Below are positions 1 to 10,027 of a DNA stretch of 41,051 nt, one piece after another. Location: the NCBI GenBank assembly GCA_026991575.1, contig JALXBF010000138.1, forward strand, positions 75,099-116,149. Reading direction: 5' to 3'. Each line of letters opens with the position of its first letter. The stretch's first letter is position 1. The notes beneath the pieces are model-generated. The model was given only the letters and a program-made list of their open reading frames with translations, searched no databases and was not told the origin of the DNA. The stretch comes from Planctomycetota bacterium. GTDB lineage: Bacteria > Planctomycetota > Planctomycetia > JALXBF01. The position numbers and the translations under genes were made by a program.

Positions 1-2
1 CG

Positions 3-533
3 TTCGATCGTCACGTGGCCACGCCGGAGCGCTTGTTCCTTTACCGACGCTACGTGCGCGAACGACATGGCGATGCCGAACGGTTAGTGGCCATGACCGG
101 CTCAGCGGATGAATTCGTCAGCTTCCTGTGCGTTACTGGCGGCAACGAGGATGGGCTGGCGCGATGTGTTGAGTTTCGCAACGGCTCGCATCTGGTGGCC
201 GTGGGGGTCTACGACGAGTTGCCCGAGGCGTATAGTGCTGTGTACTGCTATTTCGATCCGGACGAAGCACGACGTTCGCCCGGCACGTTCAACATCCTTT
301 GGCTACTTGAGCAGGCGCGTCGCACTGGCCGCCGCTACGTGTACCTGGGCTACTACGTGGCACAGTGCCGCAAGATGAACTACAAAGCGCGGTTCCGACC
401 GTGCGAGTTGTGGACGCCGGGGAAGGGCTGGCTGCCGCTGGAGAGAGCCGCGGTTGCTGAGGGCGAGGCAGGCCAGGAGCGGGACTATGGAGCCGACGGA
501 CAAGCCACCGCTGCGAGTGGTCCAGCTCAGTGA
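3..533 (+). CDS. bpt: Arginyl-tRNA-protein transferase family (bacterial Bpt/ATE, Leu-to-Asp/Glu transferase), C-terminal part, 5' truncated by the window edge
   Basis: Frame is open from position 3. ATE_C-type motifs: LYRRY..RH, LVAVGVYD, SAVYCYFDPD, RSPGTFNILW, YVYLGYYV..CRKMNYKARFRP. Confidence 0.85.
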   Translation, partial: FDRHVATPERLFLYRRYVRERHGDAERLVAMTGSADEFVSFLCVTGGNEDGLARCVEFRNGSHLVAVGVYDELPEAYSAVYCYFDPDEARRSPGTFNILWLLEQARRTGRRYVYLGYYVAQCRKMNYKARFRPCELWTPGKGWLPLERAAVAEGEAGQERDYGADGQATAASGPAQ

Positions 534-1332
534 TCCGCACCTGCTGGCGGACCGCCACGGCAGTCTGCGGCGTGTGGTCGTCTACGATCAGCTTCGTGCC
601 AGCGTCAAGTTGATCCAGCGGCTACGACCGGACGTTGTCGTCTGCACCGGGGACATTGCCCACGACTTATCCCGGCAGGCTTACCGCCTGTTTCGCGAAG
701 CGATCGCAGGCCTGAATACCCCGGTGCTGGCTGTGCCCGGAAACCACGACGACAGGGCTCACATGGCCACGGAGCTGACCACGATGTGCCGCGCACTCCC
801 CAGCGGCCACGTGGTGTTCCGGTGGCAATCGGGCCCATGGCTGCTGATCGGCCTGGACAGCCAGATCCCCGGGGAAATAGCCGGTGAGCTGGCGGCCGAA
901 CAGCTGGCGTGGCTGCGGGAGGAGGCGGTAAGCTTTGGGCCGCACGGCAAGCTGGTGCTGTTCATGCACCATCCTCCCGGTTCGGTAGCCTCGCCATGGA
1001 TGGACGCGGTCATCCTACGTAATCGAGACCTGGTAGCGAAGGCACTGGAGCGGACCGGCGTCGTTGCCGTCTTCTGCGGGCATACGCATTTTGAACATCG
1101 CGGCCTCGTGGGCAACGTGCCCTTCTACACGACACCGGCCACGTCGTTCCAGTTCGATCGGTTCCAGCCAGTTGTTTTCAGCCGCGAACCGGCCGTGCGC
1201 GTGATCGACCTGTACGAGCATGACTGGTTCACGCAGGTCTGGACTGTGAGCCATCGCGAACGGCTGTGCCTGAGCGAGGAGGAGCGTATTGAGTTGCCGA
1301 AAGCCGGTGATCCTGATCGTGGCCGGATCTGA
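487..1332 (+). CDS. Metallophosphoesterase, CpdA/Icc-like cyclic nucleotide phosphodiesterase
   Basis: All five calcineurin-like motifs: LSDPH, TGD, PGNHD, MHHPP, CGHTH. ATG at 487 follows AGGAG and overlaps the upstream gene by 47 nt. Confidence 0.85.
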   Translation: MEPTDKPPLRVVQLSDPHLLADRHGSLRRVVVYDQLRASVKLIQRLRPDVVVCTGDIAHDLSRQAYRLFREAIAGLNTPVLAVPGNHDDRAHMATELTTMCRALPSGHVVFRWQSGPWLLIGLDSQIPGEIAGELAAEQLAWLREEAVSFGPHGKLVLFMHHPPGSVASPWMDAVILRNRDLVAKALERTGVVAVFCGHTHFEHRGLVGNVPFYTTPATSFQFDRFQPVVFSREPAVRVIDLYEHDWFTQVWTVSHRERLCLSEEERIELPKAGDPDRGRI

Positions 1333-2089
1333 TCCGTGTGGGGGCGCCGGCCTGCAAGCCGACCTCAAGACCGTGTCGGCTCTCGGAGCCTACGGCATGA
1401 CGGCCGTGACCGCGATCACCGTCCAGAACACCTGTCGGGTCGAGGCCGTGCATCCGCTGGCCCCGGGACTCGTGGCCGACCAGATCCGCATTTGCTGCGA
1501 GGACGTCAAACCCGATGCGGTCAAAGTCGGCATGCTTGCGACCGCCGAAGTGGTGGCCGCAGTAGCGGAAGCGTTACGTGCCCTGGATAACGTCCCCGTA
1601 GTCGTCGATCCGGTACTGAACGCAAGCGTTGGTGCGGAGCTAGCCGACGCCGCAGTTCCCGAAGCGCTGGTCGGGTGCCTCTTCCCGCTAGCCACCGTGG
1701 TCACCCCGAACGTTCCCGAGGCCGAGCGGCTGGTGGGTGTTCGCATCCAATCGGCAGCCGACGCACAAGCGGCAGCGGTGGCGCTTTACCGGAAAGGACC
1801 AAAGGCCGTGGTTGTGACAGGAGGCCACCTGACCGGCCCAGACCGGACCGACGTGCTCTACGACGGCCTGCGGCACTATGAGATCCGTGGCGAGTGGGTG
1901 CAGGGCAAGCATGACCATGGCACCGGCTGCTGCTACAGCGCGGCGTTTGCCGTCGCCCTTGCACGCGGACTGCCGCTCGTATCCGCAGCACGTTTTGCGC
2001 AGCAGTGCGTCCGCAAAGCCCTCCGCCACGGCCTAGCACTCGGCACAGGCCGCGGACCCGTAGACCCAATGGCCTGCTACGGAGACTGA
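1289..2089 (+). CDS. thiD: Hydroxymethylpyrimidine/phosphomethylpyrimidine kinase
   Basis: AGSDPCGGAGLQADLK, TAITVQNT, KVGML, VVDPV, TPNVPEA, GGH, HGTGC. TTG start follows GAGGAGGAG. Confidence 0.93.
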   Translation: MSCRKPVILIVAGSDPCGGAGLQADLKTVSALGAYGMTAVTAITVQNTCRVEAVHPLAPGLVADQIRICCEDVKPDAVKVGMLATAEVVAAVAEALRALDNVPVVVDPVLNASVGAELADAAVPEALVGCLFPLATVVTPNVPEAERLVGVRIQSAADAQAAAVALYRKGPKAVVVTGGHLTGPDRTDVLYDGLRHYEIRGEWVQGKHDHGTGCCYSAAFAVALARGLPLVSAARFAQQCVRKALRHGLALGTGRGPVDPMACYGD

Positions 2090-2113
2090 GTGGCCGTGAC
2101 CGTGACGACGACC

Positions 2114-3988
2114 TTACTCGGGAGCACGCGGTTCGGAAGGCTTATCCTTGGGGAAGCCCGAACCGCCCGGAAATCCCGGTGCTGGCGCGGTCGAGCCCGG
2201 GAAGCCTGACGCAGCACCTCCCGGTGATGGACCGGTTCCCTGGGGGGGGCCGGGTGCAGCCTGACTCTGGCTTGCGGTCGCGGCGCGCTCAGCCGACTGC
2301 TTCATGAGCGCGACGAGTAGGCCGGAAATCGCTTCGGGGGCCAGGTCCATGCTGGCCAGCACCAGCTTGCCTTTGACGGTGATCTCCATCCCATCGATTG
2401 CCTTGCGCAGGGCCTCCAAGGCCGCAACCACGCGCGGGTCGGTGCCCTGCGATCCGTTCCCTGCCGCCTGTTCGCCGGTCGGCGCGCCGTCGGTGGCCGC
2501 CGCTGCTACCGCCTGCTGCGGCTGCCGCAGTTGGGCAAGCTGCTGCTCAAGACCGGGGATCAGCATCTTGATCGAGCCTAGCTGCAGTTGCAGTTGCCCG
2601 GCAACCGCCTCGTCCTTGCAGAACACGGCCAGCTGAAACCCAAAGATATCGGTTGCCTTTGCGGCAAGAACACCCGCTCGGATCGCGTCTGGACTTAGAG
2701 CCAGCTGAGGGCCCACGCCGCCAAGGCCTGGCATTCCGCCAGGTACGCCCTGGCCGGGGAAGACGCCGGACTGGGGCTGCGTCGCGCCGCCGGGCGAACC
2801 GCCAGGCGGGGAGCCCTGTGCGGCCGGGGCTGCGCCTGCTTGCGCCTGAGCCGGTTGGGCCTGCTGACCAGCTTGGCTGAAGAGCTTCAGCATCTCGGGA
2901 CCGAACCGGACTGCAAGCAAAAGGGTCGCTTCGCCAACGCCTTCTGCCCCGCCGAGAGCCATCAGCAGATCGTTGGGCAACGGCTGCTGGGCACGTTTTC
3001 CATTGATCAGCGCCCGGATCCATTCCTCAGAACCACTAACCAGTGTGCTCCCGTCCAAGAGCCACGTTGCCAAGGTTTGCTGCCGGAACATGGCGGCTGC
3101 CGGTCCCACAGCGGCAACGGCATCGTTTGGTACCGGCGTCGCCATCCGATAGTACGTGGTCCCGCCGTACTTAACCGCCTCCGCATTCTCCCGAACCTTC
3201 TCCTCGGGGACAGGGATGTTACTTCGGGTGGCGAGCAGCAGGATATGACCGCTGTTGCTATCGCCTGCTCCGGGTGCCCGAGCAACGGCAACAACAAAGT
3301 CTTGGATTTGGTCGGGCGGTACACCGAGTTCTTGCTGCATCTGCAGCACGAGCGTCTGCCACACGAGGCTCACCGGTGCCAGCGCCTTACGGAACGCCGT
3401 ACTCTTTAGCAGCACGGCGGGTTTGACGGCAAAGAGAAACTCCGTCTGCTCCGGTAAGTACTCGACATACCATCCGAGGGCCTTCGGGGCCAGCGGTTGG
3501 ATGGACGGTTCAGGCTGCCGCTGCGGCTGCTGCGGTGCTGGTGGCTGCGTGGCGGCACTCGCCTGGGCTGCGTGCGTAGGGACCGTCGGCTCCCCGCCGG
3601 ATTCACTCGGCCACAGCAACCAGACGGTTGTGCCAACCAGTAGCAGCAGGGCTACGCCGCCCGTTGCTAACCCGGCGTAGAGCCAAGTCCGGTTTGTAGC
3701 TCCACCTGACCGCGCCGCGCCGCGACTTGCCCGACCTTGCCGCGCGGTCGTTGCCTGCGGCAGCACCGGATGCTCAGGAGCTTGGCCGAAGATTTCCTCC
3801 AGACTCGCACTCCCCGACACCATGGCCTCGGACTCGCCGCTGGCCGACGCAGCTGCACTGGCCGGCTCGCGTGGCACGTACCTGCCGATCGTCTGGCACT
3901 TCGGGCATCGGAATTTGGTCGAACCGGAACGAAGGGGCACACGCAACTTGGCCCCGCAGCCCGGGCAGGTTACCAAGGCGGTTGACAT
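2114..3988 (-). CDS. Membrane-anchored hypothetical protein: N-terminal zinc ribbon (CPGC..CPKC), one TM helix, Pro/Gln linker, large extracytoplasmic domain with Gly/Pro/Gln low-complexity inserts
   Basis: ATG at 3988 follows GGAGAG. The longer ORF-track start runs into the tRNA and is rejected. TM segment WLYAGLATGGVALLLLVGTTVWLLW. Confidence 0.8.
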   Translation of the reverse strand: MSTALVTCPGCGAKLRVPLRSGSTKFRCPKCQTIGRYVPREPASAAASASGESEAMVSGSASLEEIFGQAPEHPVLPQATTARQGRASRGAARSGGATNRTWLYAGLATGGVALLLLVGTTVWLLWPSESGGEPTVPTHAAQASAATQPPAPQQPQRQPEPSIQPLAPKALGWYVEYLPEQTEFLFAVKPAVLLKSTAFRKALAPVSLVWQTLVLQMQQELGVPPDQIQDFVVAVARAPGAGDSNSGHILLLATRSNIPVPEEKVRENAEAVKYGGTTYYRMATPVPNDAVAAVGPAAAMFRQQTLATWLLDGSTLVSGSEEWIRALINGKRAQQPLPNDLLMALGGAEGVGEATLLLAVRFGPEMLKLFSQAGQQAQPAQAQAGAAPAAQGSPPGGSPGGATQPQSGVFPGQGVPGGMPGLGGVGPQLALSPDAIRAGVLAAKATDIFGFQLAVFCKDEAVAGQLQLQLGSIKMLIPGLEQQLAQLRQPQQAVAAAATDGAPTGEQAAGNGSQGTDPRVVAALEALRKAIDGMEITVKGKLVLASMDLAPEAISGLLVALMKQSAERAATASQSQAAPGPPQGTGPSPGGAASGFPGSTAPAPGFPGGSGFPKDKPSEPRAPE

Positions 3989-4039
3989 CGTTCTCTCCGA
4001 CTGTTGCGTGGACGAGATGTATTCGCCGTGCCGAGTGCC

Positions 4040-4045
4040 ATTATA
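4040..4045 (-). promoter_or_regulatory. Perfect TATAAT -10 element upstream of the zinc-ribbon gene
   Basis: TATAAT on the minus strand about 50 nt upstream of ATG 3988, in a GC-rich background. The -35 element is poor. Confidence 0.5.
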
Positions 4046-4059
4046 GATCGGGGGCAATG

Positions 4060-4089
4060 AAAAACGCGAGCAGCCACAGGCTGCTCGCG
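4060..4089 (-). terminator. Intrinsic terminator downstream of tRNA-Met
   Basis: Minus strand CGCGAGCAGCC-TGT-GGCTGCTCGCG-TTTTT: perfect 11-bp stem plus U tract, 13 nt after the tRNA 3' end. Confidence 0.85.
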
Positions 4090-4102
4090 GGGACGCGGAC
4101 AG

Positions 4103-4175
4103 TAGCGGCGGGTGGATTCGAACCACCGACACGCGGCTTATGAAGCCGCTGCTCTAACCCCTGAGCTACGCCGCC
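4103..4175 (-). tRNA. tRNA-Met (CAT), elongator type, CCA not encoded
   Basis: 73-nt cloverleaf GGCGGCG-TA-GCTC-AGGGGTTA-GAGC-A-GCGGC-TTCATAA-GCCGC-GTGTC-GGTGG-TTCGAAT-CCACC-CGCCGCT-A. G1-U72 pair and no three consecutive G-C pairs at 29-31, so not an initiator. Ile2 is less likely but not formally excluded. Confidence 0.93.
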
Positions 4176-4191
4176 GTCTGTTGCTCACTAA

Positions 4192-4221
4192 AGCCTACCG
4201 CGAGGCCCTTGCTCGGGTCAA
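4192..4221 (-). promoter_or_regulatory. Putative sigma70 promoter of tRNA-Met
   Basis: TTGACC (4221-4216), 18-nt spacer, TAGGCT (4197-4192), ending 16 nt before the tRNA 5' end. Confidence 0.55.
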
Positions 4222-4507
4222 GCCGGCGGTCTTAACGACGCCGTGCCGCGAGCCTTATCACCGCAGCCAACGTCCCCAAGGCTAGCGGCTGCGCCGCCAA
4301 GCGCATAAGGCGACTGACCGACGGCGCCGACCCACCAGGGATGGAGATCCGGGACCTGCAAGGGGGGAACGGCCTTCGCGGGTTGCCTAAGACCACGCCC
4401 CCTCGATACCACACGACGACACTTCCCCCCACGGGCCCCGTCGAGGCCTGCGGATTGGTCCTAGCGCATGGCAAAGCTCCGGGTGCAGATCCGGCGGGGA
4501 CACGGAT

Positions 4508-5536
4508 CTACTCGGCGAGTTCAATCTCAGCGAAGTAAATCTTCGACTTGCCCTCGTGGCTCGAATAGTACAGCACATAGAGCCGGCCGTTGTGAAACAC
4601 CATGCCCGGATAGCTGGTGTCGCCGCCGCTGGGCAGCACAAGCAGCTCGGTGAGCTTGGCCGAGGCCGGATCGATCTGCCACAGCACCGTGCGCGGGCCT
4701 TCCTTACCCAGCCGCCGGCCGCAGACGAGCCATGTGCCTTTGGGGGTCCGCAGCAAGTCGGGGCCCCCGATGTACAGTCCCAGGTCCCGCCACTGCCACT
4801 TCGTATACGGAGGGTCGGACACTCCGAAATACGCCGTGTTCGAATACCGTCCGCGACGGTCACGGCGGTGAACGCAATAGGCGCGGCCATCTGGCCCGAA
4901 CCGGACCGTGGCTTCTGTTGGCCAACCCTCGTCCAGTAGGCTGGGCACCACAGGCTTGAAGGCGATGCCGTCGGAGGAAACCAGAAGCTCGGATGCCTTC
5001 TTCGCATCGCCGCGATCAGCGTACGAGACGCCATAGGCTTTGCCACGGAACCAGGTCACGCGCCAGAGCCACCGGTGTGGCCGAGTCACGAACCGCAGCG
5101 GGGTCCAGGTTCGACCGTCGTTGCTAAAGGCTGCCATGGTCTGGACATACAGTCGCCTGCCTTCTGCGACCGAGCACCGCGTGGCACCGCACAGCAGCAT
5201 CAACCGGCCGTCCGGCGTGATGGATAGCTTGGAATCGCGCAGGTCACGATCCGGGTGTACCAGATGGGCCTCATTCCGCCACCGGCGGCCGTCGACGGAA
5301 GAGAGCACACGGATCGTGCCATCAAACGACCCGTGCCCCTTACCCTCACGAAACGTCGCGAAGAACCGTCCCTGCCACCGAACCAGGTCGCCGAAGGCGT
5401 TGTGTGGCGCCTTGTCCCAGATCATGCGACAGTCGATCAAGCGAGCACGAACTTCGGCCGCACCGACATCCGCGGCCGACACCAAGGAGCTGAGCAAACC
5501 TGCGATGAGCAGGCAATGTGCCAAGCGTGCCATCAT
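4508..5536 (-). CDS. Secreted BNR/Asp-box beta-propeller protein (exo-alpha-sialidase-like family)
   Basis: N-terminal signal peptide, Asp-boxes SSVDGRRW, FSNDGRTW and SSDGIAF, C-terminal GDTSYPG..YYSSHEG. SD AGGAG. Confidence 0.8.
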   Translation of the reverse strand: MMARLAHCLLIAGLLSSLVSAADVGAAEVRARLIDCRMIWDKAPHNAFGDLVRWQGRFFATFREGKGHGSFDGTIRVLSSVDGRRWRNEAHLVHPDRDLRDSKLSITPDGRLMLLCGATRCSVAEGRRLYVQTMAAFSNDGRTWTPLRFVTRPHRWLWRVTWFRGKAYGVSYADRGDAKKASELLVSSDGIAFKPVVPSLLDEGWPTEATVRFGPDGRAYCVHRRDRRGRYSNTAYFGVSDPPYTKWQWRDLGLYIGGPDLLRTPKGTWLVCGRRLGKEGPRTVLWQIDPASAKLTELLVLPSGGDTSYPGMVFHNGRLYVLYYSSHEGKSKIYFAEIELAE

Positions 5537-6109
5537 GGATCTCCTAGTTGCCGTCTCGCTCGACGTTCGAGTCGCGCGTGCCTCAAGAACTTTGATGCCA
5601 ATTTCTGCCCAGTTGCCCGGCGTTCAGGCCAGGGCTGCCATGGGGGGGGCATGCTGACCTCCCCTATGATAGCCGCCACACCAGCGTGCTACAACGCACT
5701 GCCAAGAAGATGGGTCCAGTCGAGCTGACGCGCCCGCCGGTACTGCCGAGACGGCATCTGACACTCGTAGGAGGCGCGGGTTCGGTTGAACGGTTTCCCC
5801 CCGGTTGTGCTGCTGCAGCCGATCGCCCTGCCAACACGACAACTCAGCACGCTCGATCATCCTGGATCGACCGCTTCGCGGGATCGGGGCCGATCACGTG
5901 CAAGAGCGTCCGATTCAGCAGATGGCGTCTGCCGATTCCCTGGTGGGCGGCCTGTGCGCCGGGGCAAATAGGAAAGACTACCGGACCCGCACGGAACCCA
6001 TCTGCGCCGGACGACAGCACGAAACGTCAAACGGGCACCGCCGCCGGCTGTCCGGCAGGGTGAACGCTTGCGCAGGGTGAACGCTCGCAGAGGGGAACAG
6101 CAGCCGACG

Positions 6110-7195
6110 TCAACCGCAGCGACAGGGTCCGTCCGTAGCAGGCGACCGGTTCGGGTGTCGATGCAAGGCTGTGATTTCTTCGGCCACCCGCGACAGCTCT
6201 TCTGCGGGCACGTGTTCGTGGCCGTTGTGCCAGTCGGTAACCGGAGTCGGTCTGCGGCGACGTCTCCGCATGGCCCGCTCCTGCTGCGCCTGCTCGCGGT
6301 AGAAGTCCACGATTGCCTGCCAGGCTTCTTCGGCGGTTTCCACGTACGTTACCAGACGGGCGTGCTCGGGATCGATTGTGCCTTCGTCCACCAGGAATTC
6401 CAGGTCTACGGCGCGACGCCAGAACCGTTCGCCGAACAGGATCACTGGAATGCGCGGCATCTTGCGGGTCTGGATCAGTGTGAGAGCGTCGAAGAGTTCG
6501 TCGATGGTGCCGAAGCCTCCCGGGAAGATGGCCACGGCCTTGGCCCGCAGCAGAAAGTGCAGTTTTCGGATTGCGAAGTACCGGAACTGGAAGCAGAGCC
6601 CGGGTGTGATGTACGGGTTCGGTTCTTGCTCCTCGGGCAGCGTGATGTTCAAGCCGATACTCGGGGCGCCTACTTCCCACGCGCCCCGGTTGCCTGCCTC
6701 CATGATTCCCGGGCCGCCGCCGGTGATGACCACGAAGTCGCAGGCACCTTCCAGCGAGCAGGAGCGTGACACGATGCGTGCGAACTTACGTGCTTCGTCG
6801 TAGTAGTGTGCCTTCTCGAGCAGCTTCTTGGCTCCGGCGAGCTTGCGCCGCAGCTCTTCGTTGTCGGGGTCCTTGCGCAGCGCCGCCTCAAGCCGTGCGA
6901 TCCGTTGTCGGATCTTGGGCACCGGCTGGATCCTGGTTCCGCCCCAGAGCACGACCGTCGAGCGGATCCCGTGCTCTTCCAGGATCCGTTCCGGTTTGAG
7001 CATCTCGAGCATCAGCCGGACGGGACGCAGCTCATCGCGATTGAGGAACGAGCGGTCCTCGAAGGCGAGCCGATAGGATGCTGACCGCTTCAGCGCCTCC
7101 ACGCGGGCACGTTCCTCGCGGGCCGACAGTGCTCGGTTGGTCCATTTCTGTGCTGGGCCACGCGTCTTGGTGCGGGCAGGTTTCTTGTTCTTCAT
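6110..7195 (-). CDS. LOG family (TIGR00730-like) nucleotide phosphoribohydrolase with N-terminal extension
   Basis: TGGGPGIMEAGNRGA, SIGLNITLPEEQ.PNPY, FRYFAIRK, FPGGFGTIDELF. Confidence 0.88.
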   Translation of the reverse strand: MKNKKPARTKTRGPAQKWTNRALSAREERARVEALKRSASYRLAFEDRSFLNRDELRPVRLMLEMLKPERILEEHGIRSTVVLWGGTRIQPVPKIRQRIARLEAALRKDPDNEELRRKLAGAKKLLEKAHYYDEARKFARIVSRSCSLEGACDFVVITGGGPGIMEAGNRGAWEVGAPSIGLNITLPEEQEPNPYITPGLCFQFRYFAIRKLHFLLRAKAVAIFPGGFGTIDELFDALTLIQTRKMPRIPVILFGERFWRRAVDLEFLVDEGTIDPEHARLVTYVETAEEAWQAIVDFYREQAQQERAMRRRRRRPTPVTDWHNGHEHVPAEELSRVAEEITALHRHPNRSPATDGPCRCG

Positions 7196-7197
7196 GG

Positions 7198-8439
7198 CTA
7201 TTCGCCGAATGCCGCGATGATCTCATCACGCGACTTGCCCAGTATGCCGTAGGAACGGCCGACTTCTTGAAAGGCTGCCAGGGCACGGTCGATGTGCTCC
7301 GGCTCGTGGGCCGCCGACAACTGCACGCGGATCCTTGCCTGGCCACGCGGGACGACCGGATAGAAGAACCCCACCACGTAAATGCCGCGCTCGTACAGAT
7401 CGCGCGCCATGCGCTGAGCCAGCACGGCATTGTAAAGCATCACGGGCACGATGGGATGGCTACCCGGTTTGATGTCGAAGCCGATCTCCTGGATCCGTTT
7501 GCGGAACCGCTCGGTGTTCTGCCACAGGCGCTGGCGTAGCTCGCCGGCTTGCTCAATGAGGTCCAGGGCCTTCAGTGCCGCGCCGACGATCACCGGTGGC
7601 AGACTGTTGGAGAACAGATAGGGGCGTGAGCGTTGCCGCAGTACGTCGATGATCTCCTGTCGACCTGAGGCGCACCCGCCGGTTGCCCCGCCCAGCGCTT
7701 TGCCCAGGGTGGTAGTGATGACGTCGACGCGGTCCATGACCCCGGCAAGCTCGTGAGTACCTCGCCCTCGAGGGCCGAGGAAACCGGTTGCGTGCGAGTC
7801 GTCGACCATGACCAGTGCGCCGTACTTGTCGGCCAGTTCACAAATGTCTGCCAGCGGTGCGATGTCGCCGTCCATGCTGAAGACACCATCCGTAGCGATC
7901 ATCTTCCGGCGCGCGCCGCGTGCTTCGGCGAGCTTTGTTTCCAGGTCCTTCATGTCCATGTGCTTGAAGACGTACCGCTTCGCTTTGCACAGCCGGATGC
8001 CGTCGATGATGGAGGCGTGGTTCAGCTCATCGCTGAAGACGGCGTCTTCCGGGCCGAGTAGCGCCTCGAACAACCCGCCGTTGGCGTCGAAGCAGGAGTT
8101 GTACAAGATGGTGGCCTCGGTGCCCAGGAACTCGCTCAAGCGGCGCTCGAGCTCGGTGTGAATGTCCTGGGTGCCGCAGATAAACCGTACGCTGGACAGA
8201 CCGTAGCCACGTTCGTCCAGTGCGCGGTGCGCGGCCTGAACGATCTCTGGATGGTTTGCCAGCCCCAGGTAGTTGTTCGCGCAGAAGTTGAGCACTTCAC
8301 GCGGAGGCGTACCCTCCGGGTACACAACCCCGATGCGTGCCCCCTGAGGGGAGACAATCGGTCGTTCCTCTTTGTACAGCCCTTGCTGGCGGATCTGGTC
8401 CAGTTCTGCCCGGAGCTGGTCGCGGATGGCGTACGCCAT
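7198..8439 (-). CDS. kbl: Glycine C-acetyltransferase (2-amino-3-ketobutyrate CoA ligase)
   Basis: [63 protein letters not shown] (PLP Lys), RSRPYLFSN. Confidence 0.96.
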   Translation of the reverse strand: MAYAIRDQLRAELDQIRQQGLYKEERPIVSPQGARIGVVYPEGTPPREVLNFCANNYLGLANHPEIVQAAHRALDERGYGLSSVRFICGTQDIHTELERRLSEFLGTEATILYNSCFDANGGLFEALLGPEDAVFSDELNHASIIDGIRLCKAKRYVFKHMDMKDLETKLAEARGARRKMIATDGVFSMDGDIAPLADICELADKYGALVMVDDSHATGFLGPRGRGTHELAGVMDRVDVITTTLGKALGGATGGCASGRQEIIDVLRQRSRPYLFSNSLPPVIVGAALKALDLIEQAGELRQRLWQNTERFRKRIQEIGFDIKPGSHPIVPVMLYNAVLAQRMARDLYERGIYVVGFFYPVVPRGQARIRVQLSAAHEPEHIDRALAAFQEVGRSYGILGKSRDEIIAAFGE

Positions 8440-8491
8440 GGCACTGTCCTCCGATGCCGACGGTTGCTCGCACGGTGCGCCCCCGGGATGG

Positions 8492-9631
8492 TCAGCGGTG
8501 TACGTCTTTGCCGGTGATGCCCGGGTCAGTGGGCCGCCGTTCCGGTTTGGCCGGCTCGGCCGGGGCCGGCTCGCCGTGGGGCAACAACACCACTTTACAC
8601 GCTTCGCCGCGGCTCATCAGTTGCATGGCTTCTTCGATTTGATCGAAACCGATCCGGTGGCTGACCAATGGGCTCAAGTCGATGACGCCGTGCTCCAGCA
8701 ACCAGCGCGTCTTGTACCAGGTTTCGAAGATCTTGCGGCCGTTCAGCGCGCGGACGGTGAGGTTCTTGAAGATCAGGTTCTGGGCCACCTCAATCTCGAC
8801 CGGCTGCGACGGGATACCGAACAGCACGACCGTACCCCCGTTACGGACCGCGCGGAACGCATTGTTGATGGCAGCCGGTGCGCCACTCATCTCAAGCACC
8901 ACGTCGATCCCGTAGCCTTCGTTGGCGTCGATGAGCTGCTGCACGATGTCGCGGCCCCCTTCGGAGTTGATCGGGTCAAACACGGCGGTTGCCCCCATGC
9001 GCAGTGCCAGCTGTCGCCGGTACGGGATCGGGTCACAGGCATACACGTACGCGGCGCCGGAGGCTCGTGCTACCGCCACGGAGAACAGACCGATCGGTCC
9101 ACAGCCCATGATTGCTACCGACTGTCCGGTGATGTCCTGGTACAGCGTCGCGTAGACTGCGTTCCCGAACGGTTCCTGTAGCGTGGCGATGTGCGGTGGG
9201 ATGCGTTTGCGATCGTTATGCCAGATGACCTTTTCGGGAACGGCCACGTAGTGCGCAAAGGCACCGTCGCGATCGATGCCGAGGATTTCAGTACGCGGGC
9301 AGAGATGTGCTTGTCCGGTGCGGCAGTAGAAGCAGCGACCGCACGTGATGTGCGATTCGGCCGAGACATAGTCACCGACTTCGACATGCTCCACCCGCTC
9401 GCCCACCTCCACCACCGTTCCGGCAAACTCGTGGCCGAGCGTCAAGGGGGGACGCACACGCCCACGTGCCCATTCATCCCACTTCCAGATGTGCAGGTCC
9501 GTGCCACAGAACGAAGCTGCCTCGATGCGCACCAGCACCTCGTCCGGCTTGATCCGCGGCACCGGCACCTCGACAACCGTTAAGCCCGGTTCGTCCGCCA
9601 CTTTCCGCACGGCGAGCATGGTCTCAGGCAT
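8492..9631 (-). CDS. tdh: L-threonine 3-dehydrogenase (Zn-dependent MDR family)
   Basis: [65 protein letters not shown]. Directly upstream of kbl. ATG 9631 follows GAGAGG. Confidence 0.95.
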   Translation of the reverse strand: MPETMLAVRKVADEPGLTVVEVPVPRIKPDEVLVRIEAASFCGTDLHIWKWDEWARGRVRPPLTLGHEFAGTVVEVGERVEHVEVGDYVSAESHITCGRCFYCRTGQAHLCPRTEILGIDRDGAFAHYVAVPEKVIWHNDRKRIPPHIATLQEPFGNAVYATLYQDITGQSVAIMGCGPIGLFSVAVARASGAAYVYACDPIPYRRQLALRMGATAVFDPINSEGGRDIVQQLIDANEGYGIDVVLEMSGAPAAINNAFRAVRNGGTVVLFGIPSQPVEIEVAQNLIFKNLTVRALNGRKIFETWYKTRWLLEHGVIDLSPLVSHRIGFDQIEEAMQLMSRGEACKVVLLPHGEPAPAEPAKPERRPTDPGITGKDVHR

Positions 9632-10027
9632 GGCAGCGCCACCTCTCGATACGGTCCGTTCCTGGATCGGCTTCACCGCGGCGGTATACAGCCCCCACGA
9701 CCGGCCGAACCGGAATTATTGGCTACGGGCGGAACGGAGTAAAAGTCGGCGCGCTGCGCTGGCCTGCTGGCAGCATACGAATGCCGAACGTGGCGAGCAG
9801 GAACCAGCCGAAAACCCGACAACTGGACAAATGGTAGGATAGAGTGCGGAGGAGGAACCGCACTGCGGAGGGGACGGTACCAGCAGCGGTGGCCAGCGAC
9901 CCCCCACGGAAACGTGTCAGAGATCGCTGTTCTCACGGGTCAGCTTAAGTAGCAGCCACCATCTTGGCTGGCGGGCCGAGAGGTTGTTGCGTGGCCTGTC
10001 CTGCGTCAACCCGCCCTTACTGCGCCC

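Noticed and set aside
4103..4175. tRNA-Met as an integration site or genomic island boundary
   Set aside because: No integrase, no duplicated tRNA 3' end seen elsewhere in the window, and the native terminator is intact right after the tRNA.
4508..5536. True sialidase call
   Set aside because: Asp-boxes are present but no (F/Y)RIP motif is visible, so only the propeller family is supported.
5960..6060. Possible c-di-GMP-I riboswitch (GGCAAA...GAAA)
   Set aside because: The P2 pairing and the GACGCAAAG core are missing, and no plus-strand gene lies downstream.
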